Source: Candidatus Poribacteria bacterium (GTDB lineage: Bacteria > Poribacteria > WGA-4E > WGA-3G). From it: a stretch of DNA of 64,000 nt. A program made the position numbers and the translations under genes. Under the pieces are notes generated by a model, which searched no databases, was not told the origin of the DNA, and saw only the letters and a program-made list of their open reading frames with translations. The DNA lies in the NCBI GenBank assembly GCA_022819945.1, contig JAJEGI010000015.1, forward strand, positions 11,807-75,806, read 5' to 3'. Shown piece after piece: positions 29,617-41,100 of the stretch. Numbering within the stretch: the stretch's first letter is position 1; every line of letters starts with the position of its first letter.

Positions 29617-30884
29617 ACTTTGCTGGCTTTCTTACGTTTCATCTCCGCTTTAGTTTTTGCTGCCAAGTCGCCCATCTCATCGCCGAAGAAGTTTTGTGGC
29701 CAATTCGTGATGTTTCCGTAGTCATCTACATTGAGCCTCTCAATTTCAGAGACCCCCTCTTTTATTTCGCAAAAATAGAAGGCGGTGTCGTCTGCCGAAA
29801 TCTCTTCCTCAGCGATGCGCCGCATTAATCGTATCAGTAGATGCTCACTGTGGCTCTCAAGGATAATCTGTAACTGTCGCTCTTTTACGACTTCAATGAG
29901 CATATCCGCTAATTCTGACTGCACTTTGGGGTGGAGGTGTGCTTCAGGTTGTTCAAGGATGAGGATGCTTCCTTCAGGTACATAATAGCATAGAACTAAT
30001 ACCGGTAGGACCTGCGAAACGCCAAAACCAACATCGGTGAGTCGGACTTCGGGACCATCCTTGTATTTACGGACGAGGAATTCGTACGCCGTTTCCGAGC
30101 CAGAGATAGGATTGAGGCGATAGGAGTCAATCAAATCCAACCGCTGCAGCCATTTGGGGATTTGCTTTTCAGTAGGACGGAGTTGAATTCGTCCGGAAAA
30201 GAGCGCGGTGACCATATCTTCGCCATGCTGACCAACCCCTGCGGAATGCTTACCTTGCCATGTGTAATTCCGACGCGGATATTCACGGAGGGGCCCGAGA
30301 TAGCGGATGCTACGGAATAGGTTTTCAAAACGGGTTTGGAGTGGCGAGAAAAGTTCCCGAATACGAAGCGGGGCATCGTGAATCCCATAACACCGGAATG
30401 GAGGTTCAATATAATCCTCGTGTCTATGAGGAATAGAAACCGTACAAGGGGCACCTGGGCCAGCCCAACTGACATGGAAATTTCGTTCATTAACTGTATA
30501 ACCGAATCCCATTCCAGTAACCGAATTCTCCACGTTCCTGATGCTGAGATCAAAGGAGAGAACATCCACTTCATCCATATCCGATATGCTTAATTTTTCA
30601 GAAAATTTCCATGACACTGAGATTTGGAGCCAAGGATCCCGCCTGTGACCGTGGATAAGATCGTCAAAGCTCCCCAAGTTGACAAGGGAATTGTTATCAC
30701 CGAAATCAATTATCTCATTCCAATTAGGCGGACGCTCCACGGTCTGCTTTAGCATGAGTAGCGTTTGCAGGAGACTCGTTTTGCCAGAACTGTTCGCGCC
30801 GAAGAATCCGGTTAAGGGTGCTATCTGCAGCTTACTTGTATCTTTCCATGATTTGAAATTTTGCGCTCTGAGTTCGGTGATCAT
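29613..30884 (-). CDS. AAA_21/AAA_15-type ABC ATPase (OLD-like ATPase domain without Toprim)
   Basis: 423 aa; Walker A 'GANSSGKTSLLQTL', 'ILILEQPEAHLHPKVQ' signature. Confidence 0.7.
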   Translation of the reverse strand: MITELRAQNFKSWKDTSKLQIAPLTGFFGANSSGKTSLLQTLLMLKQTVERPPNWNEIIDFGDNNSLVNLGSFDDLIHGHRRDPWLQISVSWKFSEKLSISDMDEVDVLSFDLSIRNVENSVTGMGFGYTVNERNFHVSWAGPGAPCTVSIPHRHEDYIEPPFRCYGIHDAPLRIRELFSPLQTRFENLFRSIRYLGPLREYPRRNYTWQGKHSAGVGQHGEDMVTALFSGRIQLRPTEKQIPKWLQRLDLIDSYRLNPISGSETAYEFLVRKYKDGPEVRLTDVGFGVSQVLPVLVLCYYVPEGSILILEQPEAHLHPKVQSELADMLIEVVKERQLQIILESHSEHLLIRLMRRIAEEEISADDTAFYFCEIKEGVSEIERLNVDDYGNITNWPQNFFGDEMGDLAAKTKAEMKRKKASKV

Positions 30885-30932
30885 GATGTGTAACTGCCTC
30901 TTTAACAGAGAAAGATAGAAATAGTCTCAATT

Positions 30933-32195
30933 TTACGCTTTAGCCTTAGTTGCGAAGATTATACTGATTGTGAGTTCGTTACCGGCAGCGTCAGCGACTT
31001 TACCTTTGATAACGTAAATGGTATTGCCGCGAATTTCTTTGCCTTTGACTAGTTCAAGTATTCCTTTATTACCTTCAACTTTGCCAATCCAACCGGCATC
31101 AGCACCACCTTCGGTTTGAAGTTCAATGCTTCCCACCACTGCTTCGTTGAATACAATTTCAATGATACCTCTGTGGTTGATTGCTTCGGGATCAACGTCG
31201 CTATCAGCATCTTTAACAGTTCCACCAATAACTCTCGGAGTCACGGCATCTGGTGTAACGATTGCATAAGCAAGTGTTTGACTATCACCATCCCATTCAA
31301 CCGATAGCGAGAGAAATCCGAGAGGGAAAGGGCCTGCGATTGTCCGTGATGTGCCAGCACCGGAGACAGAGCCTACACTTACCGTTACATTGCCTGGGTC
31401 GCTATCAAAATGAATAACAATTGAAGCATTCGCGCTAAGTCTACTGCCACTTGGTGGGATTGCAAAAACAAATGCTACATTTCTTGTGCCAACGACTAAA
31501 CGAACCCCAACTTCAGGTTTGTCCTCTTTATCAGCAGCATCAAGGTTTTGGGCAACCAGCACTAAGTCTAAAATATTGACCTTCCCATCTTTGTTGACAT
31601 CTGCGCGCGGATTTGCTGGAATATCTTCTGCATTGAGGTTGCTTGCAACCAACGTCAAATCGAGGATATTCACTTTCCCATCCTCATTGACATCCCAATC
31701 TGTTGGCAATTCAGTTGCCACAATATGTCCATTTCTTGCTGTAACTGCTAACGGCATCGCCGCACTATCGGAAAGAATCACATCCATTAGTTTAATGGTA
31801 GAATCTTTCGCAGCAATCACCTCAAAAGTTAATGTGGCAAGTGTGCCTTCGCTAGCAGGGACAACTTCTGCTCCGGATGTTGCTGTCATATAAACGGTGT
31901 TTTCAGTGACTATCGGAGGTATCGTAAAAGCATCTGCAGGCAAATAATCTGCATTTCCCCCTTCAATATAGCGGAGTGCAATCGGATCAAAACCTACAGT
32001 CAATTCATACCCTGAAACATTTTTCGCACCTACAATTTGAATATTCAGGTGCATCTGCTCACCGACAGCAATTGATTCAGTCTGTGTCGATGACACATAA
32101 ACGAGAGCCTGTCCGTAACTTCCGACAGTAAAACCCAAAAACATGAAAACAGTTGTAATGGAAAAAAGCAGTTTCATCTCAGGTAATTTTCCCAA
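30933..32195 (-). CDS. secreted cohesin-domain + dockerin-repeat protein with C-terminal Ig-like domain
   Basis: 420 aa; signal peptide (an alternative start at MKLLFS, 32177, is more likely); cohesin-like block; dockerin calcium-binding repeats 'DVNEDGKVNILDL' and 'DVNKDGKVNILDL'. Confidence 0.6.
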   Translation of the reverse strand: MGKLPEMKLLFSITTVFMFLGFTVGSYGQALVYVSSTQTESIAVGEQMHLNIQIVGAKNVSGYELTVGFDPIALRYIEGGNADYLPADAFTIPPIVTENTVYMTATSGAEVVPASEGTLATLTFEVIAAKDSTIKLMDVILSDSAAMPLAVTARNGHIVATELPTDWDVNEDGKVNILDLTLVASNLNAEDIPANPRADVNKDGKVNILDLVLVAQNLDAADKEDKPEVGVRLVVGTRNVAFVFAIPPSGSRLSANASIVIHFDSDPGNVTVSVGSVSGAGTSRTIAGPFPLGFLSLSVEWDGDSQTLAYAIVTPDAVTPRVIGGTVKDADSDVDPEAINHRGIIEIVFNEAVVGSIELQTEGGADAGWIGKVEGNKGILELVKGKEIRGNTIYVIKGKVADAAGNELTISIIFATKAKA

Positions 32196-32199
32196 CAGT

Positions 32200-32700
32200 T
32201 TGTGTCTTTACAGATGCCGTCTCTACGGGACTAAAGAAGGTAGTGAGGCTGTATTTCTAAACATATCGCCCCTACGGGACTCAAAAAGAAAAATGAATTG
32301 AATTGTTGACCTCGTTTTCCATACAAATACTAAAGAAATATCCAAGGAAATAAATCTTACAGGACTCAATAGGTTTGTTGTGTGTGAAGTTTTCTTCTCC
32401 GTATATCCAGTCCGGTGCAATGTTTGGACTTACCATAGGTATCAATTTAGTGACTGTTTCATGGTATTTTGTAACACCGATATAAACATGCCGCCCCTAC
32501 GGGGCTTGGGTTTTTGCTTGAAAACGCTGCTATAAACATGCCATCCCTACGGGACTCAAGAAGGTTCTGAAGTATTCAAGTTTTCTGTATAAAACCCGGT
32601 TCGGTTAGGAAACCGAACCTACCGGACCTGGTGAACGAGGCGGTTATTTTTTCTCAAATTGACGCTTATGGTGCAATATTTGGACTTACATGTTGAGTTT
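32200..32700. repeat. two tandem copies of a ~250-bp intergenic repeated element (core 'CATGCC(G/A)(C/T)CCCTACGGGACTCAAGAAGG', hairpin GGTTCGGTTAGGAAACCGAACC, 'GGTGCAAT(G/A)TTTGGACTTAC')
   Basis: Direct comparison of 32200..32440 with 32470..32700 and with 33262..33410. Confidence 0.6.
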
Positions 32701-32735
32701 CACCTTTGCTCTGTTTTGTTAAGTTTGCTAAATCC

Positions 32736-33161
32736 TCACTTCAAGGTTCTTTTTTTACTTTCTACCTCTATAAGATGGCTAAGCTCATACGCATTCCAAA
32801 TTAATTTTTTATAATCACCAGTTTCTTTGGATTCTAACGCTGATTTAGCTTCCTCTAAACAGTCAACAACTTGTGGAAATAATTCTAACAGTTTCCCCGA
32901 ATTATCTGAATTAAGTGGCTTTACTAACTCTTTTATAGCTTCAATCGTTTCATTAATTTCTGCGATTTTGTCCGAACGCTCCGGCGAATCAATTGATTTG
33001 TCCAGTTCATAAACCGCTCTGCGAACTTTTTCAGATATTTCGATAACCAATGAATTCATAGTGATTCTTTCCTTTGACATGATAGCATCATATCGGACTT
33101 CTGTTAAGCTTAGCGAATAGATTTGTCTGAGCGCAACGCCACTTTTCTTCTCCAACTTCAA
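32736..33161 (-). CDS. hypothetical helical protein
   Basis: 141-aa ORF with a coiled-coil-like composition; preceded by a repeat element copy. Confidence 0.3.
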   Translation of the reverse strand: MKLEKKSGVALRQIYSLSLTEVRYDAIMSKERITMNSLVIEISEKVRRAVYELDKSIDSPERSDKIAEINETIEAIKELVKPLNSDNSGKLLELFPQVVDCLEEAKSALESKETGDYKKLIWNAYELSHLIEVESKKRTLK

Positions 33162-33261
33162 TGAAAAGTATATCCGCCCTGTTTACTTCATCTACCGTAT
33201 ACGCACCGAGATATAAAGTCGATAGGTGTCAATTTTGGAGTTTTTCGCCTTATTTCGTCGC

Positions 33262-33410
33262 AGCTCTTCTACAGATGCCGCCCTTACGGGACTTAGGTCT
33301 GTGAGGTCCCGTTTTTCTATACAGATACCATCCCTACGGGATTCAAGAGGTGTTTGAACGCTTCAAGGTTTCTGTGTAAAACTCGGTGCGGTTACAAACC
33401 GCATCTACCA
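33262..33410. repeat. third copy of the intergenic repeat element (contains hairpin CGGTGCGGTTACAAACCGCATC)
   Basis: Aligns with 32480..32630 over ~130 bp. Confidence 0.55.
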
Positions 33411-33664
33411 ATTGGAGGAAGAAAACAAGGTGTGGTTATAAACTACACCCATAGGGATTAGAGTTATGGCACACGGAGTGTGCCTATTACTTTTCACCTT
33501 GCTTGCGGATTTCGACCAACTCTTCCAGAATACGCCTGTGAAGACGATGTAATTCAAGCCCTATTCCGATGCCGATGGCAGCGAAAACTCCCACTCCGAG
33601 AATAATCTTTGTTTTTAAGGACATGTGCTATTCCTCTGTTGGATCTATGGTGAGGGTGTTTTCG

Positions 33665-34909
33665 CTAAAAGTTTTCGATGATCGCTGCGCCGAATTCGGA
33701 GGTGCGGACCTTTGTCGCGCCTTCCATGAGACGCTCCAGGTCGTAGGTGACCCGCTTTTGGAGGATGGTTTTCTCAAGTCCGTTGATAATCAGGTCAGCG
33801 GCTTCCTGCCAACCGATGTGTTCCAGCATCATCACCGCGGAGAGGATGAGTGAGCCTGGATTGACAACGTCTTGGTCGGTGTATTTTGGCGCGGTGCCGT
33901 GTGTCGCTTCAAAGAGGGCGACTTCGTCGCTGAGGTTACCACCGGGTGCCATGCCGATACCGCCCACTTGCGCTGCCGCTGCGTCGGAGAGATAGTCGCC
34001 GTTTAGGTTCGGCGTGACAAGGACATCGTACTCGTCAGTTCGCGTTAAGATCTGCTGGAGCATGCTGTCGGCGATTCGGTCATTAATGATAATCTTGCCT
34101 TCAGGGCACTTACCGTCATAATCGCTATAGAGTTCGTCTTCCGTAATGGTTTGCTCGGCGAATTCCTCTTTGGCGAGTTCATAGCCCCAGGCACTGAACG
34201 CGCCTTCGGTAAACTTCATGATGTTACCTTTATGGACAAAAGTGACACTACGTCTATCGTGGTCGATTGCGTACTGGATCGCCATGCGTGCTAAGCGTTT
34301 CGTGGCGAAAATGCTGATCGGTTTTATGCCGACACCCGAATCTTCGCGGATTTCTACACCCATTTCGGAGCGGAGGAGTTCAATAACCTTTTTCACTTCG
34401 GGGGTGCCTTGTTCCCATTCAATACCGGCGTAGACATCCTCAGTATTCTCACGGAAGATAACGACATCCATCTTTTCGGGATGTGTGACGGGGGCAGGTA
34501 CACCTTGGAAATAACGGACGGGACGGACACAAGCATAGAGTTCAAGTACTTGACGCAAGGTCACGTTTAAACTCCGAAACCCACCGCCGACAGGGGTCGT
34601 CAGGGGTCCCTTTAAAGCGACACGGAAGTATTCGATTGCATCGAAAGTATCTTGTGGCAGCCATTCGTTGTACTTTGCCATGGCGTTTTCGCCAGCGTAG
34701 ACATCAAACCAGACGATCCGTTTTTCGCCGTTGTAAGCCGTTTGGACAGCTGTATCAACGACGCGGCGCGCCACTTTCATGATGTCTCGTCCGATACCGT
34801 CCCCTTCAATGACGGGGATAATCGGTTCATTCGGTACGGTGAGTTGCCCGTCAACGAATCCTATTCTTTCACCCTCTTTTGGTACTGTTAATTGCTCAAA
34901 TTCAATCAC
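33665..34909 (-). CDS. icd: NADP-dependent isocitrate dehydrogenase (homodimeric Icd type)
   Basis: 414 aa; '[14 protein letters not shown]', 'SLNVTLRQ', 'HGTAPKY', '[13 protein letters not shown]' Icd signatures. Confidence 0.9.
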   Translation of the reverse strand: MIEFEQLTVPKEGERIGFVDGQLTVPNEPIIPVIEGDGIGRDIMKVARRVVDTAVQTAYNGEKRIVWFDVYAGENAMAKYNEWLPQDTFDAIEYFRVALKGPLTTPVGGGFRSLNVTLRQVLELYACVRPVRYFQGVPAPVTHPEKMDVVIFRENTEDVYAGIEWEQGTPEVKKVIELLRSEMGVEIREDSGVGIKPISIFATKRLARMAIQYAIDHDRRSVTFVHKGNIMKFTEGAFSAWGYELAKEEFAEQTITEDELYSDYDGKCPEGKIIINDRIADSMLQQILTRTDEYDVLVTPNLNGDYLSDAAAAQVGGIGMAPGGNLSDEVALFEATHGTAPKYTDQDVVNPGSLILSAVMMLEHIGWQEAADLIINGLEKTILQKRVTYDLERLMEGATKVRTSEFGAAIIENF

Positions 34910-35121
34910 TGGTTTTCCTTTCTACAAGCCATCTGAATAATAGGTTATAATATACCACTTAGAGCGGAATGTGTGCAAGGAAAATCTCGCAATATTTCAA
35001 GACACTCCCCAAAATGATAGGTGTTTTGTAAAATTTTCTGTCTACTGAAAAGCATGGGGAGACGCGCTGCCTAAGCGTGCCTCCCCATTTTTTTACGTTG
35101 CGCTTTGTTTATCAACGTGCC

Positions 35122-38100
35122 CTACTTCAAAATCACCATTTTCCGCAGGAATGAGAGATTATCCGCCTGCAATTGATAGAGGTAGATCCCACTGGCAACA
35201 CGTTCACCGACAGCATTTCTACCATCCCAATAGGCGGCGCGGCCCTTGCCGGTGTAGTAGCCTTCTCGTTGATGACCGAGATCGAGTTGGCGGACGACAG
35301 TGCCACGTGTATTATAAATCACGATACGTACATGTGCATCGGTCTCCAACTCATAGGGAATCCAAGTTTCAGGGTTGAACGGGTTCGGATAGTTGGCAAG
35401 GAGTTGCGTCTTCGCGGGACTGGCGGATGCGAGAAGGCGCCGGAGATACACCAGCGTCCGCAACGCCTCGGGTGACCGATCATTTGTTGCCTCCAGCAAC
35501 TCAATCTGCTCCCGGATGTTGTCTATCTGTACAGCGGTAAACTTCATGACAATACCTGAGGGTGCCCCAGCCGTCTCTTCAAAATTCGCAAAAATGAGTA
35601 GGAGGTCAAGGAAGTCTACACTGCCATCGGCGTTGAGATCGTATTGGAGGTTATTCGTCCCCAGTGCACCCGCGACCAAAACAGCGTCCACGTTGCCGAT
35701 CGTGCCGTCTCCGTCAACATCGTATTTGGATTGCGCAGCGGTTGTTGCGGGTGGTGTTGTCTCGGTTGCAGTTGCGCCACTGATTGCGATAGCCCCCGGT
35801 GCCATCAAGCCGGTGACAACATCTTGGATATTACTGCCATCCAAGTTAGCACGCTGGATGCCGTTCCGATCGGTCCAATAGACTTTACGCCCCGCAGCAT
35901 CGATAGCGATATCTTGGGGCGAATCCAATTTGACGATGAAGTTCCCCTCGAAGTTAGACCCGTCAACGTTGAACCGCTGTACGTTACCACGAGAGTTCGT
36001 CACATACAACTTGCCTTTTGACGCATCAACCGTGATACCGTAGGGCACGTTGTTTAGCTCCCGAACCGACTCAACGTTTGAACCATCCAGATCGGCACGA
36101 CGAACGCTGCCGGTATGCTTACCCGTCTGCTCGGTCCAATAGACTTTACCGTCCGCAGCATCGACAGCGATCCCTCCGGGAGATTCCAAATTGACGACAA
36201 CATTAGGTTGGAACTTCTCGCCATTCAGATCCATCCGCTGCACTTTACCCCAAGCGTTGGTTAGATACAACTTGTTATTTGACGTATCAAGTGCGATCCC
36301 ACGGGGGACGCTTGTCAGTTCTTTAACTAATTGGACGTTTGTGCCGTTGAGGTTCGCCCGCCGGATACGCCCTGTTCTATTGCTGGTCTGTTCTGTCCAG
36401 TAGACTTTGCCACCGTAGACATCGACGGCGATCCCCGTGATATTTTGGGCAGTTGGTGCGATGCCTTCAACTTCCGTTGCTGTGAGACGTTGGAGCGCGC
36501 CAGCCTGTGAATACCAATATATCGGTGGTCGCAGGGGTGCAGCAATTAACACTTCAGCTGGCGCAGCACTCAAGACGAGACTAACGGGCGACCGTAAACC
36601 TGTGACAACATCTTCGATATTACAGCTATCCAAATCAGCGCGTCGGATGCTGCTCCGCTCGGTCCAATAAACGCTCTTCGCAGCGACATCAACGGCGATG
36701 CCCTGTGGCGAATTCAGGTTGACGATCAGGTCGGGTTGGAAGCTTGTCCCGTCAAGGTTCATACGTTGCACTTTACCCTGATCGTTGGTTAGATACAACT
36801 TGCCTTTTGAAGTATCGAGGGCAATACTGCGGGGGACACCCGTTAGTTTCCTAATCAATTGGACGTTTGTGCCGTTGAGGTTCGCCCGCCGGATACGCCC
36901 CCTTTTATTGCTCGTCCGCTCTGTCCAGTAGACTTTACCGCCCGCAGCATCGACAGCGACACCCCTTGGCGCGTCCAAGTCGACGATAAGATCAGGTTGG
37001 AAGCCTGTCCCGTCAAGGTTCATCCGCTGCATTTTACCGTCAGCGTTGGTTAGATACAACTTGTTACTTGACGTATCAAGTGCGATCCCACGGGGGACGC
37101 TTGTCAGTTCTTTAACTAACTGGACGTTTGTGCCGTTGAGGTTCGCCCGCCGGATACGCCCCCTTTTATTGCTCGTCCGCTCCGTCCAGTAGACGTTGCC
37201 AGCACGGGCATCAACGGCGATATCAATGATATTTTGGGCAGTTGGTGCGATGCCTTCAACTTCCGTTGCTGTGAGACGTTGGAGCGCGCCAGCCTGTGAA
37301 CGCCAATATATGGGTGGTCGCAGGGGTGCAGCAATTAACACCTCAACTGCCGGAGGGCTCAAGACGAGACTGACGGGCGACCCTAAACCTGTCGCGACAT
37401 TCTGGATGTTTGTGCCGTTGGGGTTCGCCCGCCGGATACGATCTCCTTCTGTCCAGTAGACTTTACCGTCCGCAGCATCAACAGCGACACTCATTGGCGC
37501 ATTGGAATTAACAATGAAGTTGGGTTCAAAGTCGGTTCCGTTGACGTTGAGTCGTTGCACTTTACCCATAGAACTTGCCAAGTAGAGTTTATGCGTATGC
37601 GTATCAATAGCAAGCCCGTGGACGACATTTTGTAGTTCTATAACCAACTGGACGTTTGTGCCGTTGAGGTTTGCCCGCCGGATACGCCCCGAATTATCAC
37701 CGGTCTGTTCCGTCCAGTAGACTTTACCCCGTGCAGCATCGACAGCGACACCCCTTGGCGCGTCCAAGTTGACGATAAGATCAGGTTGGAAACCTGTCCC
37801 GTCAAGGTTCATCCGTTGCACTTTACCGTCAGCGTTGGTTAGATACAACTTGTTATTTGACGTATCAATGGCAAGCCCGCGGGGGGCACTTGTCAGTTCT
37901 TTAACTAATTGGATGTTTGTGCCGTTGAGGTTTGCCCGCTGGATACGTCCCGAACCATCACCCATCTGCTCTGTCCAGTAGATTTTACCATTAACTCTAT
38001 CCACAGCGACACTGGTTGCATTCTGGATGTCTGGTGCCAAGCGGTTTATATCGGTACCTGTCAGACTCTGGATCGCGCCGACATTGGCATCTACCCAATA

Positions 38101-41100
38101 CATTGGTGGTACCTGGGGTTCATCAGTGCCGGTGTCAGTCAGCGTGAAAATTTCACAGACATCGACTGCCCCCGTTCCGCCAATGCTCCGGGTCGTCGAG
38201 GTGCCCTCTGTGAAGACAGGTTCATCATCAGAATCAGGCGGCGTTGGCGGCGTTGGATCTGTTACCGTTTCATCTACATCTGTTTCATCTGAATCCGTTT
38301 CATCTGCATCTGTTTCATCTACATCCGTGATGTTGATGGTGACAGTAATACTCGCTGAAGCGCCGTTGCCATCGTAAGCCGTCACAGCTACGGAATAACT
38401 GCTTTTCGTCTCATAGTCCAAGGAGGCAGCCGTCCGCAGTTGAGCATTACTGCTGTCAATACCAAATGCTGCTGCATCGGTGCCACCGAGACTATAAGTT
38501 ATCGTATCCCCATCAGGGTCCGTCGCAGGGACAAGATCGCCTATATTGTTGCCGGATGGCGTGTTTTCCGCAACGCTCCGAGTCGTTGAGGCACCCTCTG
38601 TGAAGACAGGCGCGCCATTAGAAGCAGGCGGCGGGGCCGGCGGATCGGTTCCCGATTCATCCACATCCGTGATGTTGATGGTGACAGTAATACTCGCTGA
38701 AGCATCGGTGCCATCGTAAGCCGCCACAGCCACGGAATAACTGTTTTTCGTCTCATAGTCCAGGGAGGCAGAAGTCCGCAACTGACCGGTACTGCTGTCA
38801 ATACCAAATGCTGCTGCATCGGTGCCGCCGAGCGCATAAGTTATCGTATCATCATCAGGGTCCGTCGCAGAGACAGGATCGCCTATATTGTTGCCGGAAG
38901 CCGTGTTTTCGGCAATGCTCCGGCTCGTTGAGGTGCCATCTGTGAAGACAGGCGCGCCATTAGAGCCGGGTGGCGGTTGCGGCGGATTGCTTCCCGATTC
39001 ATCTACATCTGTGACGTTAATCGTGACAGTAATACTGTCTGAACCGCCGTTGCTATCGGAAACCGTCACAGCCACGGAATAACTGATTTTCGTCTCATAG
39101 TCGAGGGCAGCAGAAGTCCGCAACTGACCCGTGCTGGAAACGATCCGGAATGAGGCGGCATCCGTTCCACTCAGCCTATAAGTCAGTGTATCCCCATCAG
39201 GGTCTGTTGCGGAGACGCGAGACCCTATATTGCTGCCGGATGCCGTGTTTTCGGCAATGCTTCGACTCGTTGAGGTGCCCCCTGAAAATACAGGCGATTC
39301 ATTGACATCCGTGACGTTGATTGTGACAGTAATACTCGTTGAAGCACTGTTGCTATCGGTAGCCGTCACCTCCACGGTGTAACTATTTTTTCTTTCATAA
39401 TTGAGGGAAGCAGAAGTCTGGAGCTGACCGCTACTGCTGGTAATACCAAATGCTCCTGAATCCGTTCCACCAAGGCTATAAGTTATGGTATGACCCTCAT
39501 CGTCTGTTGCGGCGAAAGGGGTGCCTATATTGCTGCCGGCTGCGGTGTTTTCGGCAATGCTCAGGGTCGTCGAGGTGCCGTCTGAAAATACAGGCGCGTC
39601 ATTGGCATCCGTAACGTTGATTGTCACATCAATGTTAGCTGAAGCACCGTTGGGATCGATAGCAGCCACCTGCACGGCGTAACTATTTTTTGTTTCATAG
39701 TCGAGGGGTGCAGAAGTCTGGAGCTGACCGGTACTGCTGTCAATACCAAACAGTGCTGCGTCCGTCCCAAGGAGACTATATATTATCGTCTCATTATCAG
39801 CGTCTGTTGCGGCGACAGGCGTGCCTATATTGCTGCCGGCTGCGGTGTTCTCGGCAATGCTCCGGCTCGTCGAGGTCCCATCTGTGAAGACAGGCGATTG
39901 ATTCGTATTACCTCCCACACCATCCTTAATATTGATGGTAACAGAGATCGTATCTGTTAAATTAGTTGGATCGGTAGCAGTTACTGTGACATTCACAGAA
40001 GTTCTGTCGGGTGGAATATAGGAGACTCGCAACTGACCTGTGCTGCTAACCATTCCGAGCAGGATACTATCAGCACCGCTCATGATGTATGTTAGCGTAT
40101 GACCATCAGCGTCTGTTGCGGAAATAGGATCGCCTATAGCGTGGTTCCACGTGTCCGCTTCGCTTCTTAAAAGGCTCCGGACGGCTGATGTGCCCTCCGT
40201 AAAGACAGGCGGATTGTTGCCAGTGCCAGACTCCTCAACATCTGTGACATTGATCGTGACAGTGATTAGGTCTGTCCTGTCGGTGCGATCGGAAACACTC
40301 ACGAAAACTGTATAACTATTGGGTTGCGTTTCATAATCCATCGGTATCTTCGTTTTGAGTTGCCCGTTATTATCAATCCCAAATACCGTTGAAAGTGTGG
40401 CACGCCAAGGATTATTCGGATCATCCGGATCCGGCGCATCCACCCTGTACCTCAGTTCGTCCCCCTCAGGAAGATCAGGATCTGTTGCGGTTAGGGGAGC
40501 CCCTATATTCGTGCCTACGGGTTGATTTTCTGCGACACTCCGCGTAGCAGTGTCGCCCTCCGTGAACGTTGGGGGATTTTCGCCACCATCCAGGACATTG
40601 ATCGTGACAGTAATACTCGCTGAAGCGGCTTTACTGACATTGTCATACGCACTTACTGTAACGCTATAACTATTTTTCGTTTCATAATCTAATGCTGCCT
40701 CTGTTTTCAACTGACCGGTAGCAACATCAAGCGCAAAGGACGATGCATCCGTGCCAGTTAGGGCATATCTGAGCGTATCACCATTAGGATCTGTAGCCCC
40801 GACAGCAGAGCCAATATTAGTGCCGGCGAAACTATTTTCTACAATACTACGCGTCGTCGAATCCCCATCCGAAAATACAGGTGGAGTATTAAGTGGAATA
40901 CTTCCACGTGTGTATATGCTACAGGCACGCGAAAGATTAGTCCTGGGTACCTTGGCAGTTATGACATTCTCACCAACAATGGGTATTGCAATAACTTTCA
41001 TATAAGCAGTGGCTTTACCATCAGTACCTGTAGTTACATCAATAGTGGCTGTGTAGGTGCCATTCCTTGTAGCACTCACCTGTGTGTTGTTGGCGTTACC

